In this document: one piece after another, positions 10,010 to 20,078 of the stretch
Numbering within the stretch: position 1 is the stretch's first letter
Layout of the letters: each line of letters starts with the position of its first letter
Assembly: GCA_002698305.1 (NCBI GenBank)
Contig: NZWR01000005.1
Location: 66,047-130,046 of the forward strand
Reading direction: 5' to 3'
Length of the DNA stretch: 64,000 nt
Source: Candidatus Campbellbacteria bacterium
GTDB lineage: Bacteria; Patescibacteriota; Minisyncoccia; Phycocordibacterales; UBA1006
The notes under the pieces: model-generated
Database searches by the model: none
Told to the model about the DNA's origin: nothing
What the model saw: the letters and a program-made list of their open reading frames with translations, nothing else
Program-made: the position numbers and the translations under genes

Positions 10010-10609
10010 CTAAACCCCCTGTAATATGTATGATTGAAGTTTATCAAGATAGCGTTTAGTTTTTGCTGAGTAATATATTACCTGCCTATCTTCTATTCCA
10101 TAAGCTTTTAATTCTTTTTTAATCGCACTCATTCCTTTTTGATTGACTTTATCAATTTTATTAACGAGTATAACCAGATTCTTTTCATGCTGATTAAGCA
10201 GCTTCATATACTCCTTATCAAGCTCTGTGGGCCCTGCCTTTGGATCAATAATAAGACATATAAGCGCTGTATCTGCCTCAGGATGAGTTATGTACCATCT
10301 AATCAAACCATCAAGCTCATCGCGTTGTTTTTTTGAGAGCTTGGCATATCCATAGCCCGGTAGATCAACTGCATAGAAACATTGATTGTCTTGTGTTGTT
10401 ACATCGAAAAAATTAATCTGCTGAGTTTTTCCTGGTGTTCTACCTACTTTAACAAGGCTATTTCTTTCAAGTACAGCATTCAAAGTACTAGATTTTCCGA
10501 CGTTAGAACGCCCGATAAAGGCAATCTGCGGTGTTCCATCATAGAGAATTGCTTCTTCTCCTACAACACCTTTAACAAAGGTTGCTTTTTTTATGTGGGG
10601 TTTATTCAT
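10010..10609 (-). CDS. engB: Ribosome biogenesis GTPase YsxC/EngB
   Basis: G1 GRSNVGKSS, G3 DLPGYG and G4 NKID. 199 aa. Confidence 0.85.
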   Translation of the reverse strand: MNKPHIKKATFVKGVVGEEAILYDGTPQIAFIGRSNVGKSSTLNAVLERNSLVKVGRTPGKTQQINFFDVTTQDNQCFYAVDLPGYGYAKLSKKQRDELDGLIRWYITHPEADTALICLIIDPKAGPTELDKEYMKLLNQHEKNLVILVNKIDKVNQKGMSAIKKELKAYGIEDRQVIYYSAKTKRYLDKLQSYILQGV

Positions 10610-10892
10610 AACTTTCGCTTACCTCGTCAAAATACCCCTCAGGATCAGAGGTGAAATGTTCAACCTGCCTTTTAAAGAAATCCCAAATAGGTTCAACTAT
10701 CTGAGCAAGGTGCTCATTATAGAAATTAATAAGTGATTCTTTGATGTAGGCAAAATTTGACTGCGTCTGCTCATCCTCAACGGCCTCTTGGACATCAAAG
10801 TCAAAAAAATACGATGCGATAATTACAGCAATGACTATAAGAATAATCCACTTAATGGACCCCTTCTCTTTTTGTAGATATGTAGTCTCCAT
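10602..10892 (-). CDS. Hypothetical membrane protein
   Basis: 96 aa with one TM helix. Overlaps engB by 8 nt. Confidence 0.4.
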   Translation of the reverse strand: METTYLQKEKGSIKWIILIVIAVIIASYFFDFDVQEAVEDEQTQSNFAYIKESLINFYNEHLAQIVEPIWDFFKRQVEHFTSDPEGYFDEVSESYE

Positions 10893-10912
10893 GATAAATT
10901 AATTATACCACA

Positions 10913-12235
10913 CTAGTTGTGTTTAAAATAGGTACTATCAGTTACGGGTAAGTATTTTAAGGGATCTAGATAGGCGTTAGTCGGTGCCAGCGGCATTCGA
11001 TAGTTTGAACCTGGGCAGGCAGCAGATGGGCGTTCAGTAATACGAGCTCCTTGCTCCCCATCGATTCCTTTGGTCGCATACACGGTCAGGTGAAGGTGTG
11101 GTGCCGTACTTCTTCCGCTATTTCCCGAATAACCAATTAAATCACCTTTGCTTACCGTGTCTCCTGCACCTACTACAAATGATGAGAGATGCGCTGATGT
11201 GGTAGAAAGACCATTATTGTGTTCTATGAATATCCATTTTCCAAATGATGCTCTGTAGCATTGCTCGTCTGTATTTCCCACTCCCTTAACCATACCATCA
11301 GCTACTGCATAGACCGGGGTTCCTATGGCTGCTCTAAAATCAACACCACTATGTGAACCAGAGACATATAATCGCTCTGATGATACTGTTTTTCCAAAAC
11401 GTTGGGTAACCAGTACTTTTTCAAGTGGCCACGCAAAAGGGGTTGTTCCTTCTGACGGAAGATTATTTTTGTTCAAGGCAAATTGAAGGGTCGACTCGAA
11501 TGATCTAATTTCTGCATCAAGTGCAGCAATAGTATCCAGTGTCGTTGCTAAATTATTTTTGATACTACTTTCTTTTTTTTCTGTGGCTTCAAGAATTGAA
11601 TTTTTTTCAGCTTCTTGTTCTTTAATTATTTCCTTTTGATCGGAAAGAATTGCCTGTTCTTTGTTAAGTGCTTGTTGCTCCTCAGAAAGCTCTTCCGTTT
11701 TCTCAAAGGCAGCTGTTTTGTTTGTTCTCAGGGTGTTCGTGGTGGTAATCAAAGGTACCTGTAAGCGCTGATAGGTATCACGGTTAGCATAAAAATCAGC
11801 AATTGATTTTGATGAAGAAATAAACTCAAGGATTGTTTGACTTTCATCATGATGAATACCACGTAATATAGAAGCAAGGTTTTGAGCATTAGTAGTTATT
11901 TTAGAATTATACCTACTGATCTCTTCTTCTGTTTTGTTGATTTCAACTGATAACATATCGATCTCATTCTGAGTTCTTTTGATTGTGTTATCAAGACTTT
12001 TTTGTTCCCCTTCGATTCGTGCGAGTTCTTTATTAAGGGCACCCTTTTCGGAACCAACTTCAGTAAGTTCTTCTCGGATACGTTCTGCTTCACGTTCAAG
12101 CTCAGCACGCTCTTCACCGATGCTGCGGATCCTATCTTCAAGCTCTGACAGACTTGTTTGACTTTGAATATGCGGTGTGTAAACAAGGAATGTAAAGAGC
12201 ACTACAAGCCCTATTTTAAGTGGTAAAAATTTCAT
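10913..12235 (-). CDS. M23 family metallopeptidase with long N-terminal coiled coil (EnvC-like)
   Basis: Signal peptide, heptad-rich Glu/Lys region, then M23 motifs HSGVDFRAAIGTPVYAVADG and APHLHLTVY. Confidence 0.85.
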   Translation of the reverse strand: MKFLPLKIGLVVLFTFLVYTPHIQSQTSLSELEDRIRSIGEERAELEREAERIREELTEVGSEKGALNKELARIEGEQKSLDNTIKRTQNEIDMLSVEINKTEEEISRYNSKITTNAQNLASILRGIHHDESQTILEFISSSKSIADFYANRDTYQRLQVPLITTTNTLRTNKTAAFEKTEELSEEQQALNKEQAILSDQKEIIKEQEAEKNSILEATEKKESSIKNNLATTLDTIAALDAEIRSFESTLQFALNKNNLPSEGTTPFAWPLEKVLVTQRFGKTVSSERLYVSGSHSGVDFRAAIGTPVYAVADGMVKGVGNTDEQCYRASFGKWIFIEHNNGLSTTSAHLSSFVVGAGDTVSKGDLIGYSGNSGRSTAPHLHLTVYATKGIDGEQGARITERPSAACPGSNYRMPLAPTNAYLDPLKYLPVTDSTYFKHN

Positions 12236-12298
12236 GACAGTAGTATATCATGAAGGAAATTTAACAAGAAAAAATTGACTTTATAAAAAAATACTGTG

Positions 12299-13645
12299 TT
12301 ATCCAGTATTTTTTCTTAATTCGTTAATAGTACTTGTGATACGTCGCAAGGAGGTATCTTTCCCAAGTACTTCAAGAAGTGTGAATGGATCTGGTGACTT
12401 ATCGCGTCCAGACAGGCTGTATCGAAGTGGCCAAAGGACATCTCCCCTCCCTAGTTCATCAGCGTAGGGAAATATATGCGATTTCAAGTCCTCCTTGTTC
12501 CAGTCTTCTGAATAAGATCCAATCATCTCAGATACTTTTTCTAGGTGGCTGATTGTATCTTCTTTGGTTCCCTTTTTCCAAATAACTTTTTCAGTATTAA
12601 TTTCTGGATCAACAAAATAGTAATCGAGCTCCCCTTCTGTAATCATAGTCTGCACATCAGCAAGAACCTCAGTTCGTTCACGTATAAGAGGCGTAATTTT
12701 TTCCATTACCTCTTCTCGATAGATTGGTGTATCTCTCAATTCATTAAATAGTGGGTCAATATATGCACGGAATTCCTGTTCAGTGCGTTTGTTCAGCCAC
12801 TGCTTGTTCAGCCATGCTAGTTTTTCAAGATTATACCCTCCCGGACCTTTTTGTACCTGCTCTAAATTAAAAGCATTAACGAGTTCATCTTTAGAAAATA
12901 ATTCCTGTTCAGTACCAGGATTCCAACCGATGAAAGCTAAAAAATTAAGAAGAGCTTCAGGTAAATATCCTTGTTCTTTATAATCAAGAGCAGCTACGTT
13001 AGTATCCCGCTTAGACAGCTTTTTCTTACCGTCAGGGCCTAAAATAAAAGGAACGTGCGCGTACGTTGGTGTTGTAAAACCTAATGCCTCATGTAAAAGA
13101 ATTTGCCTTGGTGTATTTGCGACATGTTCTTGGGCACGGATAACGTGGGTAACCCCTTCATCATAATCATCAACAACAACTGCCAGGTGATAAAGTGGAC
13201 TTTGATTATTTCTGGCAATTACAAAATCACCAAGGTCTGTCGTGTCTACAGTAATGTCCCCTAAAATTTCATCAGAGAAGGTTATTTCCTTATTCGGATT
13301 TTTAAAACGGATAACGTTCCCTGATCCATCTTTGGCACCTTCTGCTTCATACGCATTGCCGTTGTCAATAAGATTGCGAAGAATTTCTTGATGGCGTTCC
13401 AAGTGCTCAGATTGGCGGTAGACTTCATCGTAATCCATCCCAACCCATTTAAAGACTTCGTAGATTTCATCCTCATATTCTTTTTGATTTCTTTCTTTGT
13501 CTGTATCCTCTATTCGTAAAATAAACTTTCCACCATGTTTTCTGGCAAATGCATAGTTATAGAACGCCGTTCTAATTCCCCCAACATGAAAGCGCCCTGT
13601 TGGTGATGGCGCCATGCGGGTAACAATATTTTTTTCTGTACTCAT
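12299..13645 (-). CDS. gltX: Glutamate--tRNA ligase
   Basis: HIGH-type motif PSPTGRFHVGG and KMSKS-type motif KLSKR. Start is taken at MSTEKNIVTRMAPSP. The track ORF extends to 13735 through a non-conserved, promoter-like region. Confidence 0.9.
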   Translation of the reverse strand: MSTEKNIVTRMAPSPTGRFHVGGIRTAFYNYAFARKHGGKFILRIEDTDKERNQKEYEDEIYEVFKWVGMDYDEVYRQSEHLERHQEILRNLIDNGNAYEAEGAKDGSGNVIRFKNPNKEITFSDEILGDITVDTTDLGDFVIARNNQSPLYHLAVVVDDYDEGVTHVIRAQEHVANTPRQILLHEALGFTTPTYAHVPFILGPDGKKKLSKRDTNVAALDYKEQGYLPEALLNFLAFIGWNPGTEQELFSKDELVNAFNLEQVQKGPGGYNLEKLAWLNKQWLNKRTEQEFRAYIDPLFNELRDTPIYREEVMEKITPLIRERTEVLADVQTMITEGELDYYFVDPEINTEKVIWKKGTKEDTISHLEKVSEMIGSYSEDWNKEDLKSHIFPYADELGRGDVLWPLRYSLSGRDKSPDPFTLLEVLGKDTSLRRITSTINELRKNTG

Positions 13646-13695
13646 AATCAAAAGTGTAACAAATACCCTATAATCTATAAAGTACTTATTAAACA

Positions 13696-13724
13696 TTGAC
13701 ATAATATATATTATTGTATATAAT
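13696..13724 (+). promoter_or_regulatory. Sigma-70-type promoter candidate
   Basis: TTGACA (13696-13701), 17-nt spacer, TATAAT (13719-13724). Lies 33 nt upstream of the ATG at 13757. Confidence 0.45.
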
Positions 13725-13756
13725 ATAGAAAACAATAACTTAAATTATTCAAAATT

Positions 13757-14008
13757 ATGGTAGGTCTTATTGCACGTCCGTTAATTTTAATCTTAATACT
13801 CTTTGTCGCGTTCCACCTTTTTTCCAGTAAAGAAAAACAGGAGCGAAAAGAAAGAGTTGATGAGGCCTTTTCTACAACTTCTAAATTTGTAGAGTTTGTA
13901 GAAAAAAAGGCTGAAAAGTGGCTTTTAAGGAAGGCTGTGTATGTGGTTGCACGTGGTTTATTTATACTACTTGCATTGTCTGCATTCTCCTATTGGCTTT
14001 ACAACTAA
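13757..14008 (+). CDS. Hypothetical membrane protein
   Basis: 83 aa with TM helices at both ends. Confidence 0.4.
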   Translation: MVGLIARPLILILILFVAFHLFSSKEKQERKERVDEAFSTTSKFVEFVEKKAEKWLLRKAVYVVARGLFILLALSAFSYWLYN

Positions 14009-14013
14009 AAAGA

Positions 14014-14050
14014 ATCTCCTAAGTATGGTTTTCATACTTAGGAGATTTAA
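14014..14050. terminator. Bidirectional intrinsic terminator
   Basis: 13-bp perfect stem tctcctaagtatg / catacttaggaga with a 5-nt loop. Flanked by an A-run and a T-run, between convergent genes. Confidence 0.7.
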
Positions 14051-14075
14051 TTTTTAGCGAATAATGCAAGGAATA

Positions 14076-15203
14076 TTATTTTTCATGATTAAGACCAATA
14101 CCGATAATCTCCTCGGCAATTTCTTGCGCCGCGCCTTCTATAGCAAATTTCTCTGCACCTTTCTTCATTTCCTCGCGGACCTCAGGGGTAGCTATGATTC
14201 TATTAATTTCAAATGTTAAGAGTTTTTCTGATAAGTTATTTTCCTCAATAACAACACAGGCTCCTTCTCTGGCATAATTATACGCATTTTTAATTTGATG
14301 ATTTCTATGAGACTCGGTAATTGGAATAACAATCGAAGGAATACTCCAGTGAGCAATTTCAAATAGTGTTGAGCCAGCACGTGTTATTACAATATCAGCG
14401 ACTCCAGCCATCATCTTCATTGATAATGTATTAAGTGAGTCAAAGATATGGTATCGATATTTAAAGTCGTGTTTAATTAAGGTTGCATCGGTAAGTTTTT
14501 TCATCGTATCAAAATTACTCTTACCAACTTGGTGAACTACTTGGTAGTTAGTCAGGAGTTCAGGAAGAGCCTTTTCGACAGCATAATTTATCGTTTCAGA
14601 ACCTAGTGATCCACCAAGCACCCAAATGATTGGAGTACTATCTTCAAGATTTAAAAACTCATATGCTCCTTCGGTAGTAGGTTCAATGAGATTGTGCCGT
14701 ATTGGCTGTCCTGTATGAACTACTTTTTCTTTATCAAAGTATTGAGCATCTTGCTTATAGGAAACAGCCACAGCACGAGCAAATTTTCCTGACCATTCAT
14801 TGACTCTACCTGGTACCGAATCAGACTCATGGATTATGACCGGGATACGGAGAATTTTTGCAGCAAGAACTGTTGGAAAAGCTGCATAGCCACCTTTGGA
14901 AAACACAACGTCAGGAAAAATACTAAAAACAGTAAAGAAACCTTGAAGAGCTCCTATTGCTGCACTAAAAAGATCACCAATACTTTTAAGAGATGGCGTT
15001 AGTCGGAGTTTACCAGCTGATACCTGTTTAAAGATGATTCTATTTTCATGTAGAATTTTTTCATCATAGGGTTCATTTGATATATAGTATATTTTTGCTT
15101 CTGCAATATTTTTCTCATCTATAATATTATTAAGAGCTTCCGCTACCGCGATAAGCGGATAGAAATGCCCCCCTGTTCCTCCTCCTGTTAAGACTACTTT
15201 CAT
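14076..15203 (-). CDS. murG: Undecaprenyldiphospho-muramoylpentapeptide beta-N-acetylglucosaminyltransferase
   Basis: MKVVLTGGGTGGHFYPLIAVAEAL N-terminal G-loop. GT28 architecture, 375 aa, in a mraY-ftsW-murG block. Confidence 0.9.
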   Translation of the reverse strand: MKVVLTGGGTGGHFYPLIAVAEALNNIIDEKNIAEAKIYYISNEPYDEKILHENRIIFKQVSAGKLRLTPSLKSIGDLFSAAIGALQGFFTVFSIFPDVVFSKGGYAAFPTVLAAKILRIPVIIHESDSVPGRVNEWSGKFARAVAVSYKQDAQYFDKEKVVHTGQPIRHNLIEPTTEGAYEFLNLEDSTPIIWVLGGSLGSETINYAVEKALPELLTNYQVVHQVGKSNFDTMKKLTDATLIKHDFKYRYHIFDSLNTLSMKMMAGVADIVITRAGSTLFEIAHWSIPSIVIPITESHRNHQIKNAYNYAREGACVVIEENNLSEKLLTFEINRIIATPEVREEMKKGAEKFAIEGAAQEIAEEIIGIGLNHEK

Positions 15204-15251
15204 GTCATTAATTATATCACGTTAGCTGCTTCAAGAAAAAAAGAAGCGCTC

Positions 15252-16382
15252 TTAACGATTCTTTTTTATTACGGTGTATTTTGAAATATTAAGAACAATA
15301 CCTATTTGAGCCAAGGTCACAATAAGAGCTGTTCCTCCACTACTCATAAAAATTAATGGTAATCCAGAAAGTGGCACCAGACCTGATATGGCTGCAATGT
15401 TAAAGAAAACTTGAACTGAAATAAGCAGAATGATACCAGCAGCAAGATTTTGTGAAAAAGTTGTTGGCGCCCGTCTTGCAATTCTTAGGCCAAAAAAAGT
15501 AAATACACTATAGAGCACGATAAGAAGAAACGAACCTAGATATCCAAACTCTTCTGCGTATACAGCAAATATTGAATCACTGTTTGATTCCGGTAGATAC
15601 GAACCAAATTTATGAACACTTTGCCCAAGACCTCTCCCAAAGAACATACCTGATCCTATAGCTATACGTGATTGCCGTATCTGATATGAGGCACCATATG
15701 GATCACTATTAGGATTAGTAAAAGTTTGTAGTCTATCCACAACATGCGGATTAAATGCTGCATATACTGATAAGGCTCCTGTAGCTGCTAGCATAATAAC
15801 AATAACATGCTTCCAGGACGCACCTCGCAACCAATATAAAATAAAACTAACCAGACCAATTAAAAGAAAAGAACCTGAATCTGGCTGCAACATAAGAGGA
15901 AGCACAGCTAGTCCTACGATAATACCAAAGGCCCAAAAACCATATTTCCATTCCTTGATGCGATCATGATATTGAGCAAACCAGGCAGAGAGGAAAACAA
16001 TAACGGCAAATTTTAAAAGCTCAGCTGGCTGAAAAGATATAAAGCCGAGTGATATCCAGCGTTGTGCTCCCCCGTGACTGAATCCTAGCGGTGAAAATAC
16101 TAAAAAGGTAAGTATAATTCCAATAATATAAATGTATGTTGAAAATTTTTTCCAAATTGAAAAATGTAGTTTGGAAAAGAGAATCATAATAGCAATACCA
16201 CCTACAACCCCAAAACCAAGGTGGCGAATAAGCATTGCATAAAAAAGCTCTGTATTTTCAGTATAAATTGATAGTGACGCAGACAGAAAAGTTGTTACCC
16301 CTACAAGTAACAATATTCCCGTGATCCACAAAAATTTCTTATCGATACCGTGAGCTTTAAATTTTTTTACTGATCGATTCAT
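15252..16382 (-). CDS. ftsW: SEDS family peptidoglycan glycosyltransferase (FtsW/RodA)
   Basis: About 10 TM helices. Motifs QPAELLKF, SDSIFAVYAEEFG and LPLIFMSSGGTA. Lies between mraY and murG. Confidence 0.85.
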   Translation of the reverse strand: MNRSVKKFKAHGIDKKFLWITGILLLVGVTTFLSASLSIYTENTELFYAMLIRHLGFGVVGGIAIMILFSKLHFSIWKKFSTYIYIIGIILTFLVFSPLGFSHGGAQRWISLGFISFQPAELLKFAVIVFLSAWFAQYHDRIKEWKYGFWAFGIIVGLAVLPLMLQPDSGSFLLIGLVSFILYWLRGASWKHVIVIMLAATGALSVYAAFNPHVVDRLQTFTNPNSDPYGASYQIRQSRIAIGSGMFFGRGLGQSVHKFGSYLPESNSDSIFAVYAEEFGYLGSFLLIVLYSVFTFFGLRIARRAPTTFSQNLAAGIILLISVQVFFNIAAISGLVPLSGLPLIFMSSGGTALIVTLAQIGIVLNISKYTVIKKNR

Positions 16383-16388
16383 ATTTTG

Positions 16389-17459
16389 TTAACCAATAAT
16401 AACAATAACAACACCTGCTATTGAGCACATTACAGAGATAATCCAATATCGCATGGTTATTTTTGCCCTACTCCAACCTAATCGTTCAAGGTGGTGATGA
16501 AACGGTGCAACAATAAAGACCTTGCGATTAAAGAAACGCCTACTAATAATTTGTACTAACGATGAAAATGATGTTAGTACCAAAGGAAAACCAATAATAA
16601 GAAATTCGACCACAGTGTCAGTGAGAAAAATAATTGATGCAAGCGATAGGGTAAGCGCCATAACACCAGTCTCCCCGAGATAAAATCGCGCGGGTGGAGT
16701 GTTAAACCAAAGAAAAGCCAGGATTGCCCCTACAACAACAAAACAAAAGGTAGCAATATCATATTGAGATTGGATTATTCCAATAAGACCATAGGCAAAG
16801 AAAATAGAACCAAATACACCTCCAGCAAGACCGTCAACCCCATCAATAACACCACTTGAGAAAAGAGCTAGGACAGTAAACATTATGAAAAATACCATTC
16901 CAACGCCAAGAAATAGTTCACTGCCACCAAAAGGTAGTGATATGTAGTCATAGCCAAGCCTATAGTAGAACCAAATTCCTATAATGGCACCTAAAAATAA
17001 CACAAAAGCTATTCGAATCCTTCGCGGAATACCTATCTGGAGTTGTCGTTTGCTTCCAAAAATTTGAAGCAAATCATCAGTAAGCCCGACAAGTGCTCCC
17101 AGAATAAGCGACATAAAAGGAATAAGCGTCTGACTTCTACTGATGAACATCAAACTTTCACCTCCTGGGTTTTGAATGAGACTTGCTGCAACAATGGTCG
17201 CTAATACACTTAAAGCAATTGAAAACCAAATAATAATTCCACCAACTCGTGGGGTTTTTGTTTCTTCTAGGTTATGTATTTCAGTAAACTCATGAGACAT
17301 TTCTTGGTGCCCTATGTTCGATTCATCAATACGTGAAGATCTTTTCCACAATTTATATCGATAAAAAATATGACTAAAAACCGGAGTCGTAACAATTCCG
17401 ATAATGAAGGCCACAATAGTTGGTATTAAGATTTTAAATAAAATAAATGATTCAATCAT
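16389..17459 (-). CDS. mraY: Phospho-N-acetylmuramoyl-pentapeptide-transferase
   Basis: Polytopic membrane protein with DDLLQI, DGVDGLAGG and APFHHHLE motifs. Confidence 0.9.
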   Translation of the reverse strand: MIESFILFKILIPTIVAFIIGIVTTPVFSHIFYRYKLWKRSSRIDESNIGHQEMSHEFTEIHNLEETKTPRVGGIIIWFSIALSVLATIVAASLIQNPGGESLMFISRSQTLIPFMSLILGALVGLTDDLLQIFGSKRQLQIGIPRRIRIAFVLFLGAIIGIWFYYRLGYDYISLPFGGSELFLGVGMVFFIMFTVLALFSSGVIDGVDGLAGGVFGSIFFAYGLIGIIQSQYDIATFCFVVVGAILAFLWFNTPPARFYLGETGVMALTLSLASIIFLTDTVVEFLIIGFPLVLTSFSSLVQIISRRFFNRKVFIVAPFHHHLERLGWSRAKITMRYWIISVMCSIAGVVIVIIG

Positions 17460-18013
17460 AGGTCATCGTGTGCTTGTTCTTCTTGATATTGTTTTTGAAT
17501 TTCCTCTAATTTTTCTTGTGCATCTTCAAAATATTCAAGATCATCTGATGATTGAATACCGAGAAATGCAAATAATTCAGGAGTTGCAATATATAATGGA
17601 GAGCGTTTATCCATAACATTTACTTTTTTTTCTATAAGTCCTCGCATTCGTAAGTTACGTAAAATAAACATAGAATTAACTCCCCTAATATAATCTAATT
17701 CTGACTTTGTTATTTTTTTGTTGTACAGAATGATAGCTAATGTTTCCAAGGCCTGTTTACTAAGATCACGGGCGTCTTCACTATTTTCTAGATGCTCAAT
17801 CATTTTCTGAGAAATCTCTGCAGTCATAAGTGTGACCTTGTCTTCTGTGATTACCAAGGTAATACCTCTATCTAGATATAAGTCCCTCATGCTATACACC
17901 TCTTCTTGTATATCTTTAGTATCAAGGCTTAGTTGTTTAGCTAACCATGAGAAACTGACAGGTTCATTTTTATAAAAAAGGAGCGATTCAATTTTCTGTT
18001 GTTTGCTATTCAT
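17456..18013 (-). CDS. scpB: Segregation and condensation protein B
   Basis: IESLLFYKNEPVSFSWLAKQL and ALETLAIILYNKKITKSELDYIRGV are tandem wHTH ScpB motifs. Overlaps mraY by 4 nt. Confidence 0.85.
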   Translation of the reverse strand: MNSKQQKIESLLFYKNEPVSFSWLAKQLSLDTKDIQEEVYSMRDLYLDRGITLVITEDKVTLMTAEISQKMIEHLENSEDARDLSKQALETLAIILYNKKITKSELDYIRGVNSMFILRNLRMRGLIEKKVNVMDKRSPLYIATPELFAFLGIQSSDDLEYFEDAQEKLEEIQKQYQEEQAHDDL

Positions 18014-18740
18014 AATTTTCCATAGTTATACTTTCAAAATTTTCGTTCTGATGGACAGATATCTGCTTGTTTTTTGACATTTCAAGCATACCGAGGAAAC
18101 CAACGATGGTATAGACTTTTGTCTCCTTTTTGGTTTGAGATGTTTGCGTGAATTTTTGTATAAAATCATTAAAGATAACTTTCCCGCTTGATTGTATTCG
18201 TTCAACCAGTGAATTCATAAGCTTTTGAATATGAATAACAATCTCTACCCCACTCTCTTTTTTCTTTGATGGAAGTTCCGGTACTTCTTGTAATACATCC
18301 CGAAGAGCATTTAGTAAATTCTTTTTTGAAATATTTTCAGTTGGGCTAAAAACAACGGTACGCTTTTTAGCTTTAGCAGTAAACATTTTTGGCTGGGCTC
18401 CAATAACATTTTTTAGGCCATCTGCTCTTTTCTGAAATAACGAAAATAAAGCCAAACGTTTTTTTAGGGTTGCAATATCCTCCTCTTCTTCGTCTGTAAG
18501 TTCAAGTGATGGGAGTAATGATTTTGACTTAATAAGAACCAAGGTTGAAGCAACAAACACAAAATGAGTTCGGCTAGAAAGATTTTGCTCGAATCCATCA
18601 TGCTCAAGAAAATGCAAATAATCATCAGCAATTGCTGCTAACGATACATCATTAATGGGAAGTTTACGTTTCTCAATGAGCCGAAGTAATATATCAATCG
18701 GGCCAGAAAAAGATTCAGTTGTAATAGTGAACTGACTCAT
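18006..18740 (-). CDS. scpA: Segregation and condensation protein A (kleisin)
   Basis: FSGPIDILLRLIEKRKLPINDVSLAAIADDYL is the canonical ScpA N-terminus. Start is taken at MSQFTITTE. The track ORF start at 18863 would overlap the upstream gene. Confidence 0.85.
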   Translation of the reverse strand: MSQFTITTESFSGPIDILLRLIEKRKLPINDVSLAAIADDYLHFLEHDGFEQNLSSRTHFVFVASTLVLIKSKSLLPSLELTDEEEEDIATLKKRLALFSLFQKRADGLKNVIGAQPKMFTAKAKKRTVVFSPTENISKKNLLNALRDVLQEVPELPSKKKESGVEIVIHIQKLMNSLVERIQSSGKVIFNDFIQKFTQTSQTKKETKVYTIVGFLGMLEMSKNKQISVHQNENFESITMENYE

Positions 18741-18816
18741 TATTCTCTTATTGTAGCAAGTAACAAAATGAATTGAAAACTTAATATTCAAAAAGCTAGT
18801 TTTCAAAACTAGCTCA

Positions 18817-20034
18817 TTAAAGAGTGAATTGACCTTTTTTGTAAATAACCTTCTCGGCCCCATCTAATAGGGTTGCCGTGACAGTTCGGTCAGTAGTTGA
18901 AATAATATCAGTATGCACTGATGAGAAATTATAGCCCATCTTCTCCCATTTTTCTTCGGATACTTCAGACGGATCACCTGAATAGCAATCATAGAAGGCC
19001 ATACCAAGCGCTATGTGTGTATTTCCGTATTTACCTCCCATATTTTCATCAAACAAGGTATCAGCCATTGGTTTGGTTATTTGTGAATGGCGCGCATCAG
19101 TCAAAGAGAATTCACCGAGTTTATCAGCATTTTTAGTGGCAATCATTTCTTTAAGCAGTTTTTCATTTTTTGAAGCCGTCGCCTTTACAACACGTCCCTT
19201 TTTAAACTCTAAATAAATACCCTTGATAATGTTTCCATAACGGTACAGTGGCTGATTAAAACGAATCCATCCCTCCGTTCCTCGCCAATCTGGGCTCGTA
19301 AATACCTCAAAGCTTGGGATGTTTGAACCGCTTGCTGCTTTCCAGCCATATTTTTCAGGTAATTTAATTCTAAGATCTACGTCATCCCCTACTACATGTA
19401 AGGTATCAATACTCATGTTATTTAATTTTCGTACGTTTTTTTGAACTTCTTTCTGAATACTCTTCCATGTTTGAACCGGGTTTTCATCTCGTAAATAGCA
19501 TGCTTTAATGATTTGATTCCAATACTGTTTAAGGCTCATGTTGGCAGCCTGGGCCCCCTTCTCTGTTCCATATTTACAGAGTGTCCATGAAAAATCTCCT
19601 TTATTTTCTTTCTCTTTCCGCCATTGAATCCATGGCTTCATTGCTTCCCCTCGCTGCATCATTTTTTTAGGGTCAGTATTTTTGAAAAGCTCAGGGTCTT
19701 CTTCCCCGATAATATAGATCGAGTGATCTAAGGTTTCAATCAGACCTTTGTAATACGCTTCTGGAAAAAATTCAATTTGTTTTTTACTTGCTTTCTCGTA
19801 AAAAATTTTAGCTGTTGAATAGTGTGGATCTGATATTCCGTAATTACTAATAACATGACCACCCTTTTCTATAATTTTTTTATATACCTCAAAATATAAA
19901 GGCTTGGTAATCTCACCTCCAGACAGCATTACCACCTCGCCTTTCTTTATTCCCTTTCCATTGTTAAGTCCATAATTAACTAGGACATCTGCATAATTTT
20001 CTAATACTTTTTTACTTGGTATATATGTTTTCAT
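18817..20034 (-). CDS. M29 family aminopeptidase (AmpS/PepS-like)
   Basis: 405 aa. N-terminus LENYADVLVNYGLNNGKGIKKGEVV and C-terminus HIALG...VHTDI are typical of thermophilic-metalloprotease M29. Confidence 0.8.
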   Translation of the reverse strand: MKTYIPSKKVLENYADVLVNYGLNNGKGIKKGEVVMLSGGEITKPLYFEVYKKIIEKGGHVISNYGISDPHYSTAKIFYEKASKKQIEFFPEAYYKGLIETLDHSIYIIGEEDPELFKNTDPKKMMQRGEAMKPWIQWRKEKENKGDFSWTLCKYGTEKGAQAANMSLKQYWNQIIKACYLRDENPVQTWKSIQKEVQKNVRKLNNMSIDTLHVVGDDVDLRIKLPEKYGWKAASGSNIPSFEVFTSPDWRGTEGWIRFNQPLYRYGNIIKGIYLEFKKGRVVKATASKNEKLLKEMIATKNADKLGEFSLTDARHSQITKPMADTLFDENMGGKYGNTHIALGMAFYDCYSGDPSEVSEEKWEKMGYNFSSVHTDIISTTDRTVTATLLDGAEKVIYKKGQFTL

Positions 20035-20078
20035 GAAAGGTATTCTATCGTATTTAGATTAATAAACAAAAAAGAACC

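Noticed and set aside
12299-13735. Long N-terminal extensions in track ORFs (gltX 13735, scpA 18863, trpS 23360, murD 33047, murC 34491 GTG, ftsA 45304, glmU-like 49594, 54820..56121, MYG1 60215, aspS TTG 21557, rsmI 6013).
   Set aside because: The extensions are hydrophobic or low-complexity, overlap neighbouring genes or promoters, and precede an internal Met that aligns with the conserved family N-terminus. Shorter starts were used, so start coordinates remain uncertain by a few codons.
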